A DNA stretch of 64,000 nt. Origin: Nitrospirota bacterium (GTDB lineage Bacteria > Nitrospirota > UBA9217). The position numbers were made by a program, and so were the translations under genes. The stretch spans positions 224,001 through 288,000 of the forward strand of contig CAWJQQ010000008.1 of the NCBI GenBank assembly GCA_963845065.1. Direction: 5' to 3'. Below are positions 31,205 through 41,685 of the stretch, piece after piece. Under the pieces are notes generated by a model that saw only the letters and a list, made by a program, of their open reading frames with translations, ran no database searches and had not been told where the DNA came from. Positions within the stretch are counted from its first letter, which is position 1. Every line of letters begins with the position of its first letter.

Positions 31205-32251
31205 TCAGGTTTTTTGCATCAGTTCTTTCAACGCAGTAAGAAAATCCTCCGTACCTTTTTTTGTCCAGTAGATGTTCATGATTTCACTTCTCTCCCTCAC
31301 AAATCGCTTGTATCCATCCTGCCGCGCCTTTTCCAGTGTGGTCCAATCCTGGTGAAGGGAAAAGTCGGCATAGGCTTCTTTTATCTCGGGGTAGAGTGCT
31401 TTTCGGTATCCGTCCATGAGCGCAACCGACAACCCAAGAGCGCCACGGTCTCGGCTCTCGATGATCTTTTTGAAAGGGCCCTGGTCAGATGTATCGGCTA
31501 TGAGGTCTTTAACTGCGCGCAGATAGTGCTCCACTTGCCGGTCTCCGGCCAAGGTGAGTATGTCCTTCCATTCCACGAGCTCTTCCGATGCTTCGGCGAT
31601 TTCATGGAAGAGCAGCACTTCGGCATAGCGCTCGGTCATTTCTTCTAGCCTCTGGTAAAATGTAACGTCGATAATCTGCCGGTGCTGAAAACCGTAATGC
31701 GCAAAAGCATTCTCAAGAGCTGCCACACTCCTGACATTCAGCTCCGAGTGTTTGTATAGCAGGAGCATCATGAGCGGCTCAAGCCGCAGAAACACGGTTT
31801 TCTCCTGGAGCATGGCTGGGGCCGTGAATAGATCGCGCACTCTTTCCGTTCCCGACGTGTAAACCGTCAGACCGAAAACGTGGCGGATAGACCGCAATTC
31901 CGCAAGGAAGAAGGTGGGCTTCATATACATGCCGTAGCCTGCACCATAGATGAGTCCCTCTTTGTTCAAGACCTGGTTAATCTCCTCGACATCAAATGGA
32001 TGGCATGTCCTGTCGCCAATGGTGAGTTCTCTGAACGCCTGCTGCTCCAATTCGGGCCATCGTGCTTCCTTTTGTCCTATCCACACACCAATCTCATCGC
32101 GCCGGATATCCGCCCAGGGCTTAAGGCTTTTTTCCGAACGAAAAAGATCGCGATACCGCATCAAGAGACCGCAGACTGAATAGAATCCCCAAAATTGCGC
32201 ATCGGAAACATCGCAGTTATATTTTATATCTTTAATTAAAGCTTCGTACAT
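31205..32251 (-). CDS. Sfum_1244-family conserved protein
   Basis: IKYNCDVSDA..YSVCGLLMRYRDLF..GAGYG..KPTFFLAEL..RDL..PAML..HEIAE; start uncertain. Confidence 0.65.
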   Translation of the reverse strand: MYEALIKDIKYNCDVSDAQFWGFYSVCGLLMRYRDLFRSEKSLKPWADIRRDEIGVWIGQKEARWPELEQQAFRELTIGDRTCHPFDVEEINQVLNKEGLIYGAGYGMYMKPTFFLAELRSIRHVFGLTVYTSGTERVRDLFTAPAMLQEKTVFLRLEPLMMLLLYKHSELNVRSVAALENAFAHYGFQHRQIIDVTFYQRLEEMTERYAEVLLFHEIAEASEELVEWKDILTLAGDRQVEHYLRAVKDLIADTSDQGPFKKIIESRDRGALGLSVALMDGYRKALYPEIKEAYADFSLHQDWTTLEKARQDGYKRFVRERSEIMNIYWTKKGTEDFLTALKELMQKT

Positions 32252-32455
32252 GTCGCATAATACCATCTCATTCACATGAAGTCCATGTCCGATACAGGGA
32301 GTAGCAGACCCTTGCCTGTGCACCATGCCACCTGAGCGTTTATCCCGAGTCCCTCAAGTGCGGCTAATCCATATTCACATTCCTAAAAAGTCCTTGCAAC
32401 TGCTGAAAAAATAAACTATAATTCGCAAATCCCCTTTAGACAGGTTATTTCCGCG

Positions 32456-33529
32456 ATGTCAAATGATAAAATACCTGAACTTCGCAAGAAGATCGACGAG
32501 ATAGATGACAAACTGGTTGACCTTCTGAATGATCGCGCCAAGATCGTCATCGAAGTCGGGAACGTCAAAAAGACTGAAAGGATCGACTTCCATTCTCCGT
32601 CGCGCGAGAGGGAGATCATCGAACGTCTTACTGCGCGAAACAAAGGACCGTTCCCACAGGATACGCTTAAGGCTGTGTACCACGAGATCCTATCCTCATC
32701 GCTCTCATTGGAACGGCCTATGAAGGTTGCTTATCTCGGACCGCGCGCCACTTTTACACATCAGGCAGGCATGCAACAATTTGGCTATGCTGCCCAGTAT
32801 GTGCCAACGGAAAGCATACGGGAAATCTTCGGCGAAGTGGAGCGCGGGCGCGCCGATTTCGGCGTTGTCCCGATCGAGAATTCGACTGAAGGCGTTGTGA
32901 ACTACACTCTCGATACATTTATTGATTCAGACCTCAAAATCTATGCCGAAATCCTGCTCGAAGTATCGCAGAACCTCATGAACAAATCGGGCAGGATCGA
33001 AGATATTAAAAAAATATACACTCATCCCCAAGTCCCGGGACAGTGCCGTCAGTGGCTTGAGAAACACCTTTCCGGGATCTCTATCATGGATGCGCCCTCG
33101 ACGGCGCGTGCCGCGGAAATGGCAGCCGGTGATTCTTCCTTGGGCGCCATTGCGAGCGAGATGGCAGCTATGCTCTACGGCCTCCAGATGGTGGCCCGCA
33201 GGATCGAGGACAATCCAAACAATTTTACCAGGTTCCTGGTCATCGCACCGAAGTCGCCGGGCAGGACGGGCCGCGACAAGACCTCGATCATGTTCTCGAT
33301 CAAGGACCGCGTCGGAGCTCTTTACGATATGCTTGCGCCCTTTGCCGCCCACGGCATCAACTTAAACAGGCTTGATGCTCGTCCTTCGGGAAGGAAAGTA
33401 TGGGATTACGTTTTTTTCCTCGACATGGAGGGCCACATCGATGACGAGAAAGTCGCTATGGCAATCGAGCGTCTGCGGCAGGACTGCATGTTCCTGAAAG
33501 TGCTGGGGTCGTATCCGCGGTGTCAGTAA
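32456..33529 (+). CDS. pheA: Chorismate mutase / prephenate dehydratase
   Basis: LRKKIDEID, AYLGP..TFT, VPIENSTEG, NFTRF, ACT domain, LGSYP. Confidence 0.95.
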   Translation: MSNDKIPELRKKIDEIDDKLVDLLNDRAKIVIEVGNVKKTERIDFHSPSREREIIERLTARNKGPFPQDTLKAVYHEILSSSLSLERPMKVAYLGPRATFTHQAGMQQFGYAAQYVPTESIREIFGEVERGRADFGVVPIENSTEGVVNYTLDTFIDSDLKIYAEILLEVSQNLMNKSGRIEDIKKIYTHPQVPGQCRQWLEKHLSGISIMDAPSTARAAEMAAGDSSLGAIASEMAAMLYGLQMVARRIEDNPNNFTRFLVIAPKSPGRTGRDKTSIMFSIKDRVGALYDMLAPFAAHGINLNRLDARPSGRKVWDYVFFLDMEGHIDDEKVAMAIERLRQDCMFLKVLGSYPRCQ

Positions 33530-33652
33530 TAACGAATTCGGCATTGTAGGGTAAAAGATTAATTCGCGGTACTGAATAGAGCCCATTGATCCCATCATCA
33601 TCTGTAACGTCTGTGAAAAACAACGATCATACTTGTATGTGAGGTTTTAATC

Positions 33653-34729
33653 ATGATTACAGTATTGGAAAATATCAAAAACATAACACCCTATGTCCCC
33701 GGAAAGCCGATCGAAGAGCTTGAGCGGGAGTTGGGCTTGAGCGGCAGCATCAAACTCGCATCGAACGAGAACCCGCTCGGACCGTCGCCCAAGGCGATGG
33801 CAGCGATAAAGAAGGCCGTCGCAGGTCTGAATCGCTATCCCGATGGCAGTGGGTTCTACCTTTCCCAGGCACTTGCGAAGAAATACGGAGTGGACATTTC
33901 GCAGATCATTCTGGGCAACGGTTCGAACGAATTGATCGAGCTGCTCGTCCGCACATTCGTGCAGCCGGGTGATGAAGTCATATCTGCTGACCCTTCTTTC
34001 GTTGTGTACAAGATGATTACGCAGGCTGCTTCGGGAGTGAACGTCATTGTCCCGTGTAAAGACATGAGGCACGATCTCCAAGCTATGACGGAGCGGATCA
34101 CATCAAAAACGAGGATTGTATTCATCGCAAACCCGAATAACCCGACAGGCACCATGAATACCAGGGCAGAGATGGACGGGTTCATGGGTCGCGTCCCGGA
34201 TAATTTGATTGTCGCTGTAGATGAAGCGTACTTCGAGTATGTTACCCATGCCGACTATCCCGATTCTCTGGACTACCTGAAGGGGAAAAAGAACATTATC
34301 GCACTCCGGACGTTCTCAAAAATTTACGGCCTAGCAGGCCTCCGAATCGGATACGGCATCACGACTGTGGAGATCGCGGAACTGTTGAACAAGGTGCGTC
34401 AGCCGTTCAACACCAATACGCTCGGCCAGATCGGCGCCCTGGCCGCTCTCTCTGACCGGAGGCACGTGGACAAATCCGTTGCCGTTAATAACGAAGGGAA
34501 ACAATTTCTCTATCAGGCCTTTCAACGGCTCGGCATATTGTCTACCCCCACGGAAGCCAATTTCATCATGTTTGAAACGCGGCTTGACGGCAGGGACGTG
34601 TATAGCGGGTTACTCAAAATGGGCGTGATCGTCCGGCCCATGGGCGGGAAAAGGCTGCGTGTGACAATCGGACGTCCCGAGGAAAATGCGCGATTCGTGG
34701 CAGAACTGGAAAAGATTGTTAAGGCATAA
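33653..34729 (+). CDS. hisC: Histidinol-phosphate aminotransferase
   Basis: KLASNENPLG, GNGSNE, NPNNPTG, RTFSKIYGLAGLRIGY. Confidence 0.93.
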   Translation: MITVLENIKNITPYVPGKPIEELERELGLSGSIKLASNENPLGPSPKAMAAIKKAVAGLNRYPDGSGFYLSQALAKKYGVDISQIILGNGSNELIELLVRTFVQPGDEVISADPSFVVYKMITQAASGVNVIVPCKDMRHDLQAMTERITSKTRIVFIANPNNPTGTMNTRAEMDGFMGRVPDNLIVAVDEAYFEYVTHADYPDSLDYLKGKKNIIALRTFSKIYGLAGLRIGYGITTVEIAELLNKVRQPFNTNTLGQIGALAALSDRRHVDKSVAVNNEGKQFLYQAFQRLGILSTPTEANFIMFETRLDGRDVYSGLLKMGVIVRPMGGKRLRVTIGRPEENARFVAELEKIVKA

Positions 34730-34937
34730 TCATTTTTTTTAAAGAAAGCACTGGGTCCCGTGAGAAAAAACATTTTTTTGCAAATACGCTAAGAGCGGTT
34801 GTCGTAGAACGGGGGAAAATATTTTCCCCGGTTTTGCGCTTTCATTTGCTAGCTGTGCACCTTGGTGATAGACGGGAAGTAGCTTTTTTCAGATTAACCT
34901 CCGTTTTTTTTGATAAATCGATTAAGAAAGGGTTGCC

Positions 34938-35951
34938 ATGATCATCGTTGTAAGACCTGATGCTACCAAAGAGCAGGTCGACCATATTATTAAAAAGATC
35001 AAGGACCATGGTTTGCAGGCTCATGTTTCCAAGGGCACAGAACGTACGATCATCGGCGCTATCGGCGATGAGGCAATCTTGCAGAGCCTGCCTCTCGAAG
35101 CCATCCCTGGCGTCGAGAAGGTTCTCCCGATACTGAAGCCTTTCAAGCTGGCAAGCTGGGAGTTCAGAAAAGAAAAAACGATCATCACTGTAGGAAGTCA
35201 AGAGATCGGCGGAAAGCGTATCGCGGTCATGGCTGGACCCTGCGCCGTGGAGAATAAAACGCTGCTGATCGAGATCGCGAAAGACGTAAAGAATGCCGGT
35301 GCCAATTTCATCCGCGGCGGCGCGTTCAAGCCGCGTACCTCACCGTATGCCTTTCAGGGTCTCGAAGAAGAGGGGCTCCGGTATCTCGCTGAAGCGCGCG
35401 AGCGCACCGGGCTTCCGATCGTAACTGAGGTAATGGATCCCCGTGACATCGATATGATTGTAAAATATGCCGATGTACTTCAGATCGGGGCGCGGAACAT
35501 GCAGAACTTCCGGCTGCTCAGGGAAGTGGGCTTGTGCAAGAAACCGGTGCTCCTGAAGCGCGGTATCTCGGCGACGATCAAGGAATGGCTCATGTCGGCC
35601 GAGTATATCATGTCTGGCGGCAATCATAACGTCATCCTCTGCGAGCGCGGTATCCGCACCTACGAGACGGCGACACGGAACACGCTCGACCTCTCCGCCA
35701 TCCCGGTCTTGAAACAGATGACGCATTTGCCGGTCATTGTTGACCCCAGCCATGCGGTGGGCAAATGGGACCTCGTGGCGCCCATGGCAAAGGCTGCGGT
35801 GGCAGCCGGGGCCGACGGTCTCATCATAGAGGTGCACTCGAACCCTGAAGAAGCGCTCTGTGACGGTGAGCAGTCGCTTAAGCCCAAAAGCTTCAAACAG
35901 CTGATGGAAGAAATGAAACCGATTGCCGTGGCGATTGGAAGAGAAATATAA
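34938..35951 (+). CDS. aroF: DAHP synthase type I-beta with N-terminal regulatory domain
   Basis: [35 protein letters not shown]. Confidence 0.93.
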   Translation: MIIVVRPDATKEQVDHIIKKIKDHGLQAHVSKGTERTIIGAIGDEAILQSLPLEAIPGVEKVLPILKPFKLASWEFRKEKTIITVGSQEIGGKRIAVMAGPCAVENKTLLIEIAKDVKNAGANFIRGGAFKPRTSPYAFQGLEEEGLRYLAEARERTGLPIVTEVMDPRDIDMIVKYADVLQIGARNMQNFRLLREVGLCKKPVLLKRGISATIKEWLMSAEYIMSGGNHNVILCERGIRTYETATRNTLDLSAIPVLKQMTHLPVIVDPSHAVGKWDLVAPMAKAAVAAGADGLIIEVHSNPEEALCDGEQSLKPKSFKQLMEEMKPIAVAIGREI

Positions 35952-36031
35952 CATCAGGATACAGTAGACGCGGATAGTAAGCAGAGTAGCTGCACTGGGA
36001 AGGCCTTTGGCTATTCTCCCACATAAAAATC

Positions 36032-36895
36032 ATGGCTATTCATTTTGATAAAGTCACTATCATCGGCGTAGGGCTTATCGGCGGTTCTTTTGCCAAGGTC
36101 CTCAGGACTTCCGGGCTGGCCGGTTCGATAACAGGTTTGGGTAGAAGCAGCGGGACGCTCGAACTGGCGCTCCGGCTTGGTGTTATCGACCAAATGGGGC
36201 TAGGAGCCAAACATGCCGTCGAAGGGGCCGACCTCGTGGTGCTTGCATCTCCGGTCGGGACTTTCGAGCGGGTCGTGCGCGAGGTCGGGCCACATCTGAA
36301 AAAAGGCGCAATCCTTACTGACGTGGGGAGCGTCAAGGGTAAATTAGTGCGAAGGATCGAGGAAATCCTTCCCGCGGGAATTCACTTCGTGCCAGGCCAC
36401 CCTATAGCAGGCAAAGAAAAATTTGGTGTATCTGAAGCAACTGAGAAGCTGTTCCTGGGCGCTAATTGCATTCTGACACCAACGAAGAGAACCGAAATTG
36501 CTGCTATCAATACGCTCCGGGAGGTCTGGACAATAGCTGGTGCGAATGTAATTATCATGGACCCGGATCTGCACGATGAGATATTCGCAGCTGTGAGTCA
36601 CATGCCTCACGTCGCAGCTTTTGCCATGATGTGTGCAGTGGCTGAATTGAACACGGAGTCCGAAAATTACCTAAATTTTTCAGGTGCAGGGTTCAAGGAC
36701 TTTACGCGTATAGCCGCGAGTTCACCAGAGATCTGGCGTGATATCTGCCTCATGAACCGGGACAATATCGTTCAGATGCTGGACCGCTTCCTTTTCTCGC
36801 TGAACACGATAAAGCGGGACCTGGTAGCGAATGATGCCAAGCGGCTCGAAAAACATCTCAAAATCGCGAGCGATGCGAGACGAGGTTTGGGCTAA
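36032..36895 (+). CDS. tyrA: Prephenate/arogenate dehydrogenase
   Basis: IGVGLIGGS, TDVGSVK, GHPIAG, SHMPH, DFTRIA. Confidence 0.92.
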   Translation: MAIHFDKVTIIGVGLIGGSFAKVLRTSGLAGSITGLGRSSGTLELALRLGVIDQMGLGAKHAVEGADLVVLASPVGTFERVVREVGPHLKKGAILTDVGSVKGKLVRRIEEILPAGIHFVPGHPIAGKEKFGVSEATEKLFLGANCILTPTKRTEIAAINTLREVWTIAGANVIIMDPDLHDEIFAAVSHMPHVAAFAMMCAVAELNTESENYLNFSGAGFKDFTRIAASSPEIWRDICLMNRDNIVQMLDRFLFSLNTIKRDLVANDAKRLEKHLKIASDARRGLG

Positions 36896-36898
36896 CCA

Positions 36899-38206
36899 AT
36901 GTCGGATCTTGTGATAAAACCTTCGCACGGTCTTCGCGGTTCGATTATGTTGCCGGGAGACAAATCACTTTCTCACCGGGCAGTTTTATTTTCCGCAATA
37001 GCCGAAGGCGATACGATTATCACCGGATTCCTCACCGGCGAAGACACACAGAATACCGCAAAAGCAGTTCAAGCGCTGGGAATCGAAGTGGCAGGCCTGG
37101 GGACAGAACATCTCGTTGTGCATGGCAAGGGACTGGACGGTCTCTCCGAACCTGTTGACGTGCTCGACCTCGGGAACTCGGGCACCGGCATGCGTCTTCT
37201 TGCCGGTCTGCTGGCAGGCCAGAAATTTTATTCCGTTCTCTCCGGAGACCGGTACCTGAGAAACAGGCCAATGGCCAGAATCGTCGAGCCGCTCAGGCAG
37301 ATGGGAGTGTTCATTGACGGCCGTTGCGGAGGCAAGCTTGCTCCTCTTTCCATCAGGGGCGGTGGCAATGCAATCAAGCCTATCGACTATGTAAACCCCG
37401 TTGCGAGCGCCCAGGTTAAATCGGCGCTTCTCCTTGCAGGACTGTATGCGAATGGTACAACGTCGGTACAGGAACCGTCGAAATCGCGGGACCATACCGA
37501 GCGAATGTTCAGATTTTTTGGGCTGGACGTCAAAGAAGAAGGGACAACCGTAACGGTGCTCGGTCGTCAGCGCCTGCACGCGAAGGGGCCGCTTGACATT
37601 CCGGCAGACATTTCTTCGGCTGCGTTCTTCATCGTTGCCGCATCGATTGTCCCGGGCTCTGACGTGACAATACAAAACGTCGGTGTGAACCCTACGCGCA
37701 CCGGCATTGTCGATATTCTTCTGCAAATGGGCGGGGACATTACACTCTACAACAGACGCGAACAGGCTGGCGAGCCGGTTGCTGATATCCGCGTACGACA
37801 CTGCAGGCTCAACGCAGCCAAGATCGAGGGTGCTGTGATCCCCCGTGCAATCGATGAAATCCCCGTTTTGTCCGTGGCCGCGTCCTATGCCGCGGGAAAG
37901 ACTGTTATTAGAGATGCTGCCGAACTTCGGGTTAAGGAATCAGACCGGATCTCATCTATGGCCGGAGAACTCCGCAGGATGGGAGTCGTAGTAACGGAAC
38001 TTCCCGACGGCATGGAGATCACAGGTAGGGACGTGCTTGAAAGTGCCGTGTGCGAGAGCCATGGGGACCACCGTATCGCCATGTCAATGGCTATTGCCGG
38101 TCTCGCGGCGCATGGAGATACGGTGGTGCGCAACACCGGTTGGATCGATACGTCGTTTCCGGGCTTCGAGCGAATATTGAAGCAGACAGCGTATTCGTCT
38201 TCATAG
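36899..38206 (+). CDS. aroA: 3-phosphoshikimate 1-carboxyvinyltransferase
   Basis: PGDKSLSHRA, GNSGTGMR, SAQVKS, RDHTE, RVKESDR, DHRIAM. Confidence 0.96.
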   Translation: MSDLVIKPSHGLRGSIMLPGDKSLSHRAVLFSAIAEGDTIITGFLTGEDTQNTAKAVQALGIEVAGLGTEHLVVHGKGLDGLSEPVDVLDLGNSGTGMRLLAGLLAGQKFYSVLSGDRYLRNRPMARIVEPLRQMGVFIDGRCGGKLAPLSIRGGGNAIKPIDYVNPVASAQVKSALLLAGLYANGTTSVQEPSKSRDHTERMFRFFGLDVKEEGTTVTVLGRQRLHAKGPLDIPADISSAAFFIVAASIVPGSDVTIQNVGVNPTRTGIVDILLQMGGDITLYNRREQAGEPVADIRVRHCRLNAAKIEGAVIPRAIDEIPVLSVAASYAAGKTVIRDAAELRVKESDRISSMAGELRRMGVVVTELPDGMEITGRDVLESAVCESHGDHRIAMSMAIAGLAAHGDTVVRNTGWIDTSFPGFERILKQTAYSSS

Positions 38207-38240
38207 TTATTGGCGGAAGGATAAAATACCCGTCAAAAAT

Positions 38241-38338
38241 TTTACCACGAAGACACAAAGAACATAAATGAACATTCAGGCTTATCGGTTTTAAGCATAA
38301 AAAACTTACCTCCTTTGCGCCTGGTGCATTTTGGTTCA
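38241..38338. repeat. Intergenic imperfect inverted repeat (accacgaagacacaaagaac.. / ..ctttgcgcctggtgcattttggt)
   Basis: ~9-nt periodic arms; related to 7685-7762. Confidence 0.45.
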
Positions 38339-38356
38339 ATCTTGTCAGGTTGAGTT

Positions 38357-39031
38357 ATGGTGAAAAAAGGACTTGTTATCGCCCTTGACGGGCCATCCGG
38401 TGCGGGCAAAAGTACCGTTGCCAGGCTCCTGGCTCAACAATTGGGGTATATATATATAGATACCGGCGCTATGTACCGGGCAATCGGCTGGAAGGCTAAG
38501 CAAGAATGCATCGATCCAGCCGATGAACCGAGACTTACAGAACTCTGCCTGCGGACTGAGGTCTTGATCAAGAACGACAACAACAATTCCAGGGTTTACG
38601 TTGACGGCAGAGACGTGAGCGACAAAATACGAACCCCAGAAATGGGCATGATGGCATCCTCTGTGTCGAAGTCGCCGGCAGTTCGTGCACGGCTTCTTGC
38701 CCTTCAGAGAGAGCTCGGTAAAAACGGCGGCGTGGTGATGGACGGCAGGGATATAGGTACGGTCGTATTTCCCGACGCTGAGGTGAAATTTTTCTTGGAT
38801 GCAAGCTCCGAGGAACGCGGCCGTCGCCGTTATCTTGAGCTGAAGGCGAAAGGGATGGATGTTGATCTGGCGCGAATCACGAAAGAGATCCAGGACCGCG
38901 ATAAACAGGACAGTGGCCGCTCTCTGGCTCCGCTCAGGAAGGCCGATGATGCCTTGCTGCTCGACTCGACGCGCATGAGCATCGACGATGTTCTGAACGC
39001 GATGCTGTCAACAGTGAAGAAGGTGCGGTAA
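38357..39031 (+). CDS. cmk: Cytidylate kinase
   Basis: DGPSGAGKST, DTGAMYR, DGRDIGTVVFP. Confidence 0.96.
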   Translation: MVKKGLVIALDGPSGAGKSTVARLLAQQLGYIYIDTGAMYRAIGWKAKQECIDPADEPRLTELCLRTEVLIKNDNNNSRVYVDGRDVSDKIRTPEMGMMASSVSKSPAVRARLLALQRELGKNGGVVMDGRDIGTVVFPDAEVKFFLDASSEERGRRRYLELKAKGMDVDLARITKEIQDRDKQDSGRSLAPLRKADDALLLDSTRMSIDDVLNAMLSTVKKVR

Positions 39032-39037
39032 CAAACC

Positions 39038-39874
39038 ATGGAAATATTTCTTGCAGAAAAAGCAGGGTTATGTTTCGGCGTCAAAAGGGCGATTAATACC
39101 GCATCCGAAGCAGTCCGTAAAACACGGGTATATTGCCTGGGTCCGTTGATTCACAATCCGCAGGAAGTTGATCGTCTACGCCAGGCAGGCGTGCAGACCG
39201 TCGAAGACTTCAGCGTCCTGAGCCGCGGTGATACGCTCATTATCCGTTCGCACGGGGTTCCGCCGCGCGTGCTTTCGCAGGCCCGCAATATGGGGCTCAC
39301 TATCATAGACCTTACCTGTCCTTTTGTGGGCAAGGCGCAGCGTTACGCAGAGGCGCTCTATAAGGAAGGATACCAGGTTGTTGTGGTAGGGGAGAAGAAG
39401 CACCCTGAGGTTCAGAGCATTCTCGGATATGCCGGTAAAAGCGCCGTTGTCGTAGAGTCAGCAGAAGACGTGGATGGTGTGAAGCTCCAGGGGCGGATTG
39501 GGGTCGTTGCGCAAACTACGCAATCATATGGTAATTTTTCAGAAATTGTGCTAACATTATTGCGTATTTCCAAAGAATTGAAGGTCTTCAACACTATCTG
39601 CAGCTCAACCAAGGAACGTCAGGAAGCTGCCCGCGTGCTTGCGAGGCAGGTTGACCTTATGCTGGTCGTAGGTGGTCGCAACAGCGCCAATACTAGCAGG
39701 TTGGCAGACTTGTGTCGGCAGGAGGGTAAACCCACTTATCATATTGAGGTTGCTGACGAGATAAGCGTTGAGTGGTTTAAAGGCGTTAGTAGAATAGGAG
39801 TCACGGCTGGTGCTTCGACGCCTGACTGGCTTGTGGAAGGCGTCATCGATAAATTGAAGCTCATCAGTCAGTAA
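39038..39874 (+). CDS. ispH: 4-hydroxy-3-methylbut-2-enyl diphosphate reductase
   Basis: CFGVKRA, IHN, RSHG, TCPFV, QTT, TICS, SANT, AGASTP. Confidence 0.95.
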   Translation: MEIFLAEKAGLCFGVKRAINTASEAVRKTRVYCLGPLIHNPQEVDRLRQAGVQTVEDFSVLSRGDTLIIRSHGVPPRVLSQARNMGLTIIDLTCPFVGKAQRYAEALYKEGYQVVVVGEKKHPEVQSILGYAGKSAVVVESAEDVDGVKLQGRIGVVAQTTQSYGNFSEIVLTLLRISKELKVFNTICSSTKERQEAARVLARQVDLMLVVGGRNSANTSRLADLCRQEGKPTYHIEVADEISVEWFKGVSRIGVTAGASTPDWLVEGVIDKLKLISQ

Positions 39875-39984
39875 CGCAAGTACGGTGTGGAGCATCAAGG
39901 CAGTATGAGGAAAAAAAATTTACATACCGTCTCAAGAATTTGTTGATTATGGAAGAGTTCACTTTCAGGAGGTAAGGACGTTTC

Positions 39985-41679
39985 ATGGGAGATACGCGAA
40001 AAGACATGGAGCACGAAGAGAACGCCGCCGCAGCCGGGCAGGAAACGGAGTTCGAGAAACTGTACAACCAGTCATTAAAGCGTTTTAAGGCTGGTACGCT
40101 GGTTCGAGCGCGGGTGCTGCAGATCCGGTCGGGTGCCGTGATGGTGGACCTCGGGTACAAGTCGGATGGCATTATTCCCGTGGAACAATTTACAGAAGAT
40201 GAGCTGAAAATTCTTAAACCGGGAGATGAAATCGAGGTGCTGCTCGAAGCCGCGGAAGACACTAATGGGAACATTCTGCTCTCTCGGGATAAAGCAAAGA
40301 AGCTTCAAGTCTGGGACGATTTAAACCGCGCCTATCAGAGTGGGACGCCGGTTAAGGGGAAGGTGCTCTCGACAATCAAGGGCGGCTTGAGCGTTGACAT
40401 CGGAGGAGTGGTTGCTTTCCTGCCCGGGTCCCAGGTCGATGTCAAGCCAACCCAGAATATCGGAAGGATGGTCGGTCAGAGCATGGACCTCAAAATCATC
40501 AAGATGAACTCGGGTCGCGGCAACATCGTGCTTTCTAGAAGGGCCCTCCTGGAGCAGGCGCAGAACCTTAAGAAGGAAGCAACGCTCTCCACACTCTCTG
40601 AGGGACAAATCGTAAGCGGGGTCATCAAGAACATTACCGACTATGGTGCGTTTGTCGATCTCGGAGGCATTGACGGCCTGATGCACATCACCGACATTTC
40701 CTGGGGCAGGATAGGCCATCCCTCAGAAGCGTTTAAAGTCGGCGACCGCGTGGAGGTCTTTATTCTCAAGTACGATCGGGAGAAGCAGAAGGTATCTCTC
40801 GGCTTGAAACAGAAGACGCAGGACCCTTGGCTGTCAGTGGCTGAGAAATATCCCATGGGCGCAAGGGTACGTGGCAAAGTGGTGAGCCTGACCGATTATG
40901 GCGCTTTTGTCGAACTGGAGCATGGTGTCGAAGGGCTCGTGCACGTATCCGAAATGTCCTGGGTCCAGAAGGTCAAGCACCCATCCAAGGTCGTATCGCT
41001 CGGTGATATGATTGAAGCGCAGGTATTGGCAGTTGATCCGAATGCAAAACGCATCTCGCTCGGCATGAAGCAGATTGAGCCGAATCCATGGCAGACTATC
41101 AGCGATCGCTATCCTGTCGGTTCTCAGGTAGAAGGCAAGGTCAAGACGATTACAGACTTCGGTGCTTTTATAGGCCTTGAGGAAGGGATAGACGGTCTTA
41201 TCCACATTTCCGACTTATCCTGGACAAAACATATCAAGCATCCTTCCGAGGTGCTCAAGAAGGGACAGACGACTAATGTTGTCGTGCTTTCCATCGACCC
41301 TGCAAAGGAGCGTATCTCGCTTGGTCTTAAACAGCTGACACCGGACCCCTGGGACAAAGCCATCCCCGAGCGTTATAAGGTAGGGCAGGATGAAGCGGTC
41401 AAGGTGACGAAGAAGACCGATTTCGGGCTGTTCGTAGAACTGGAACAGGGGATCGAAGGTCTTATTCCCACGTCGGAAATTCCTAAAGATGCTGATGAAA
41501 TCAAAGAAGGTTCTGAAGTGACCGCACGAGTCATCAAAGTAGACCGAAACGATCGCAAGATTGCGCTGTCAATCAAGGCCCATGTTAAAGGCAGAGACCG
41601 TTCGACCCTGAAGGAATACATGAATCAGCAGCAAAAGCCCGATACTACGATTGGCGCACTGTTGAAGGAACGGAGCTGA
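39985..41679 (+). CDS. rpsA: 30S ribosomal protein S1
   Basis: Repeated S1 domains (ITDYGAFVDLGGIDGLMH, DYGAFVELE, DFGAFIGLE). Confidence 0.96.
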   Translation: MGDTRKDMEHEENAAAAGQETEFEKLYNQSLKRFKAGTLVRARVLQIRSGAVMVDLGYKSDGIIPVEQFTEDELKILKPGDEIEVLLEAAEDTNGNILLSRDKAKKLQVWDDLNRAYQSGTPVKGKVLSTIKGGLSVDIGGVVAFLPGSQVDVKPTQNIGRMVGQSMDLKIIKMNSGRGNIVLSRRALLEQAQNLKKEATLSTLSEGQIVSGVIKNITDYGAFVDLGGIDGLMHITDISWGRIGHPSEAFKVGDRVEVFILKYDREKQKVSLGLKQKTQDPWLSVAEKYPMGARVRGKVVSLTDYGAFVELEHGVEGLVHVSEMSWVQKVKHPSKVVSLGDMIEAQVLAVDPNAKRISLGMKQIEPNPWQTISDRYPVGSQVEGKVKTITDFGAFIGLEEGIDGLIHISDLSWTKHIKHPSEVLKKGQTTNVVVLSIDPAKERISLGLKQLTPDPWDKAIPERYKVGQDEAVKVTKKTDFGLFVELEQGIEGLIPTSEIPKDADEIKEGSEVTARVIKVDRNDRKIALSIKAHVKGRDRSTLKEYMNQQQKPDTTIGALLKERS

Positions 41680-41685
41680 TTGGGT

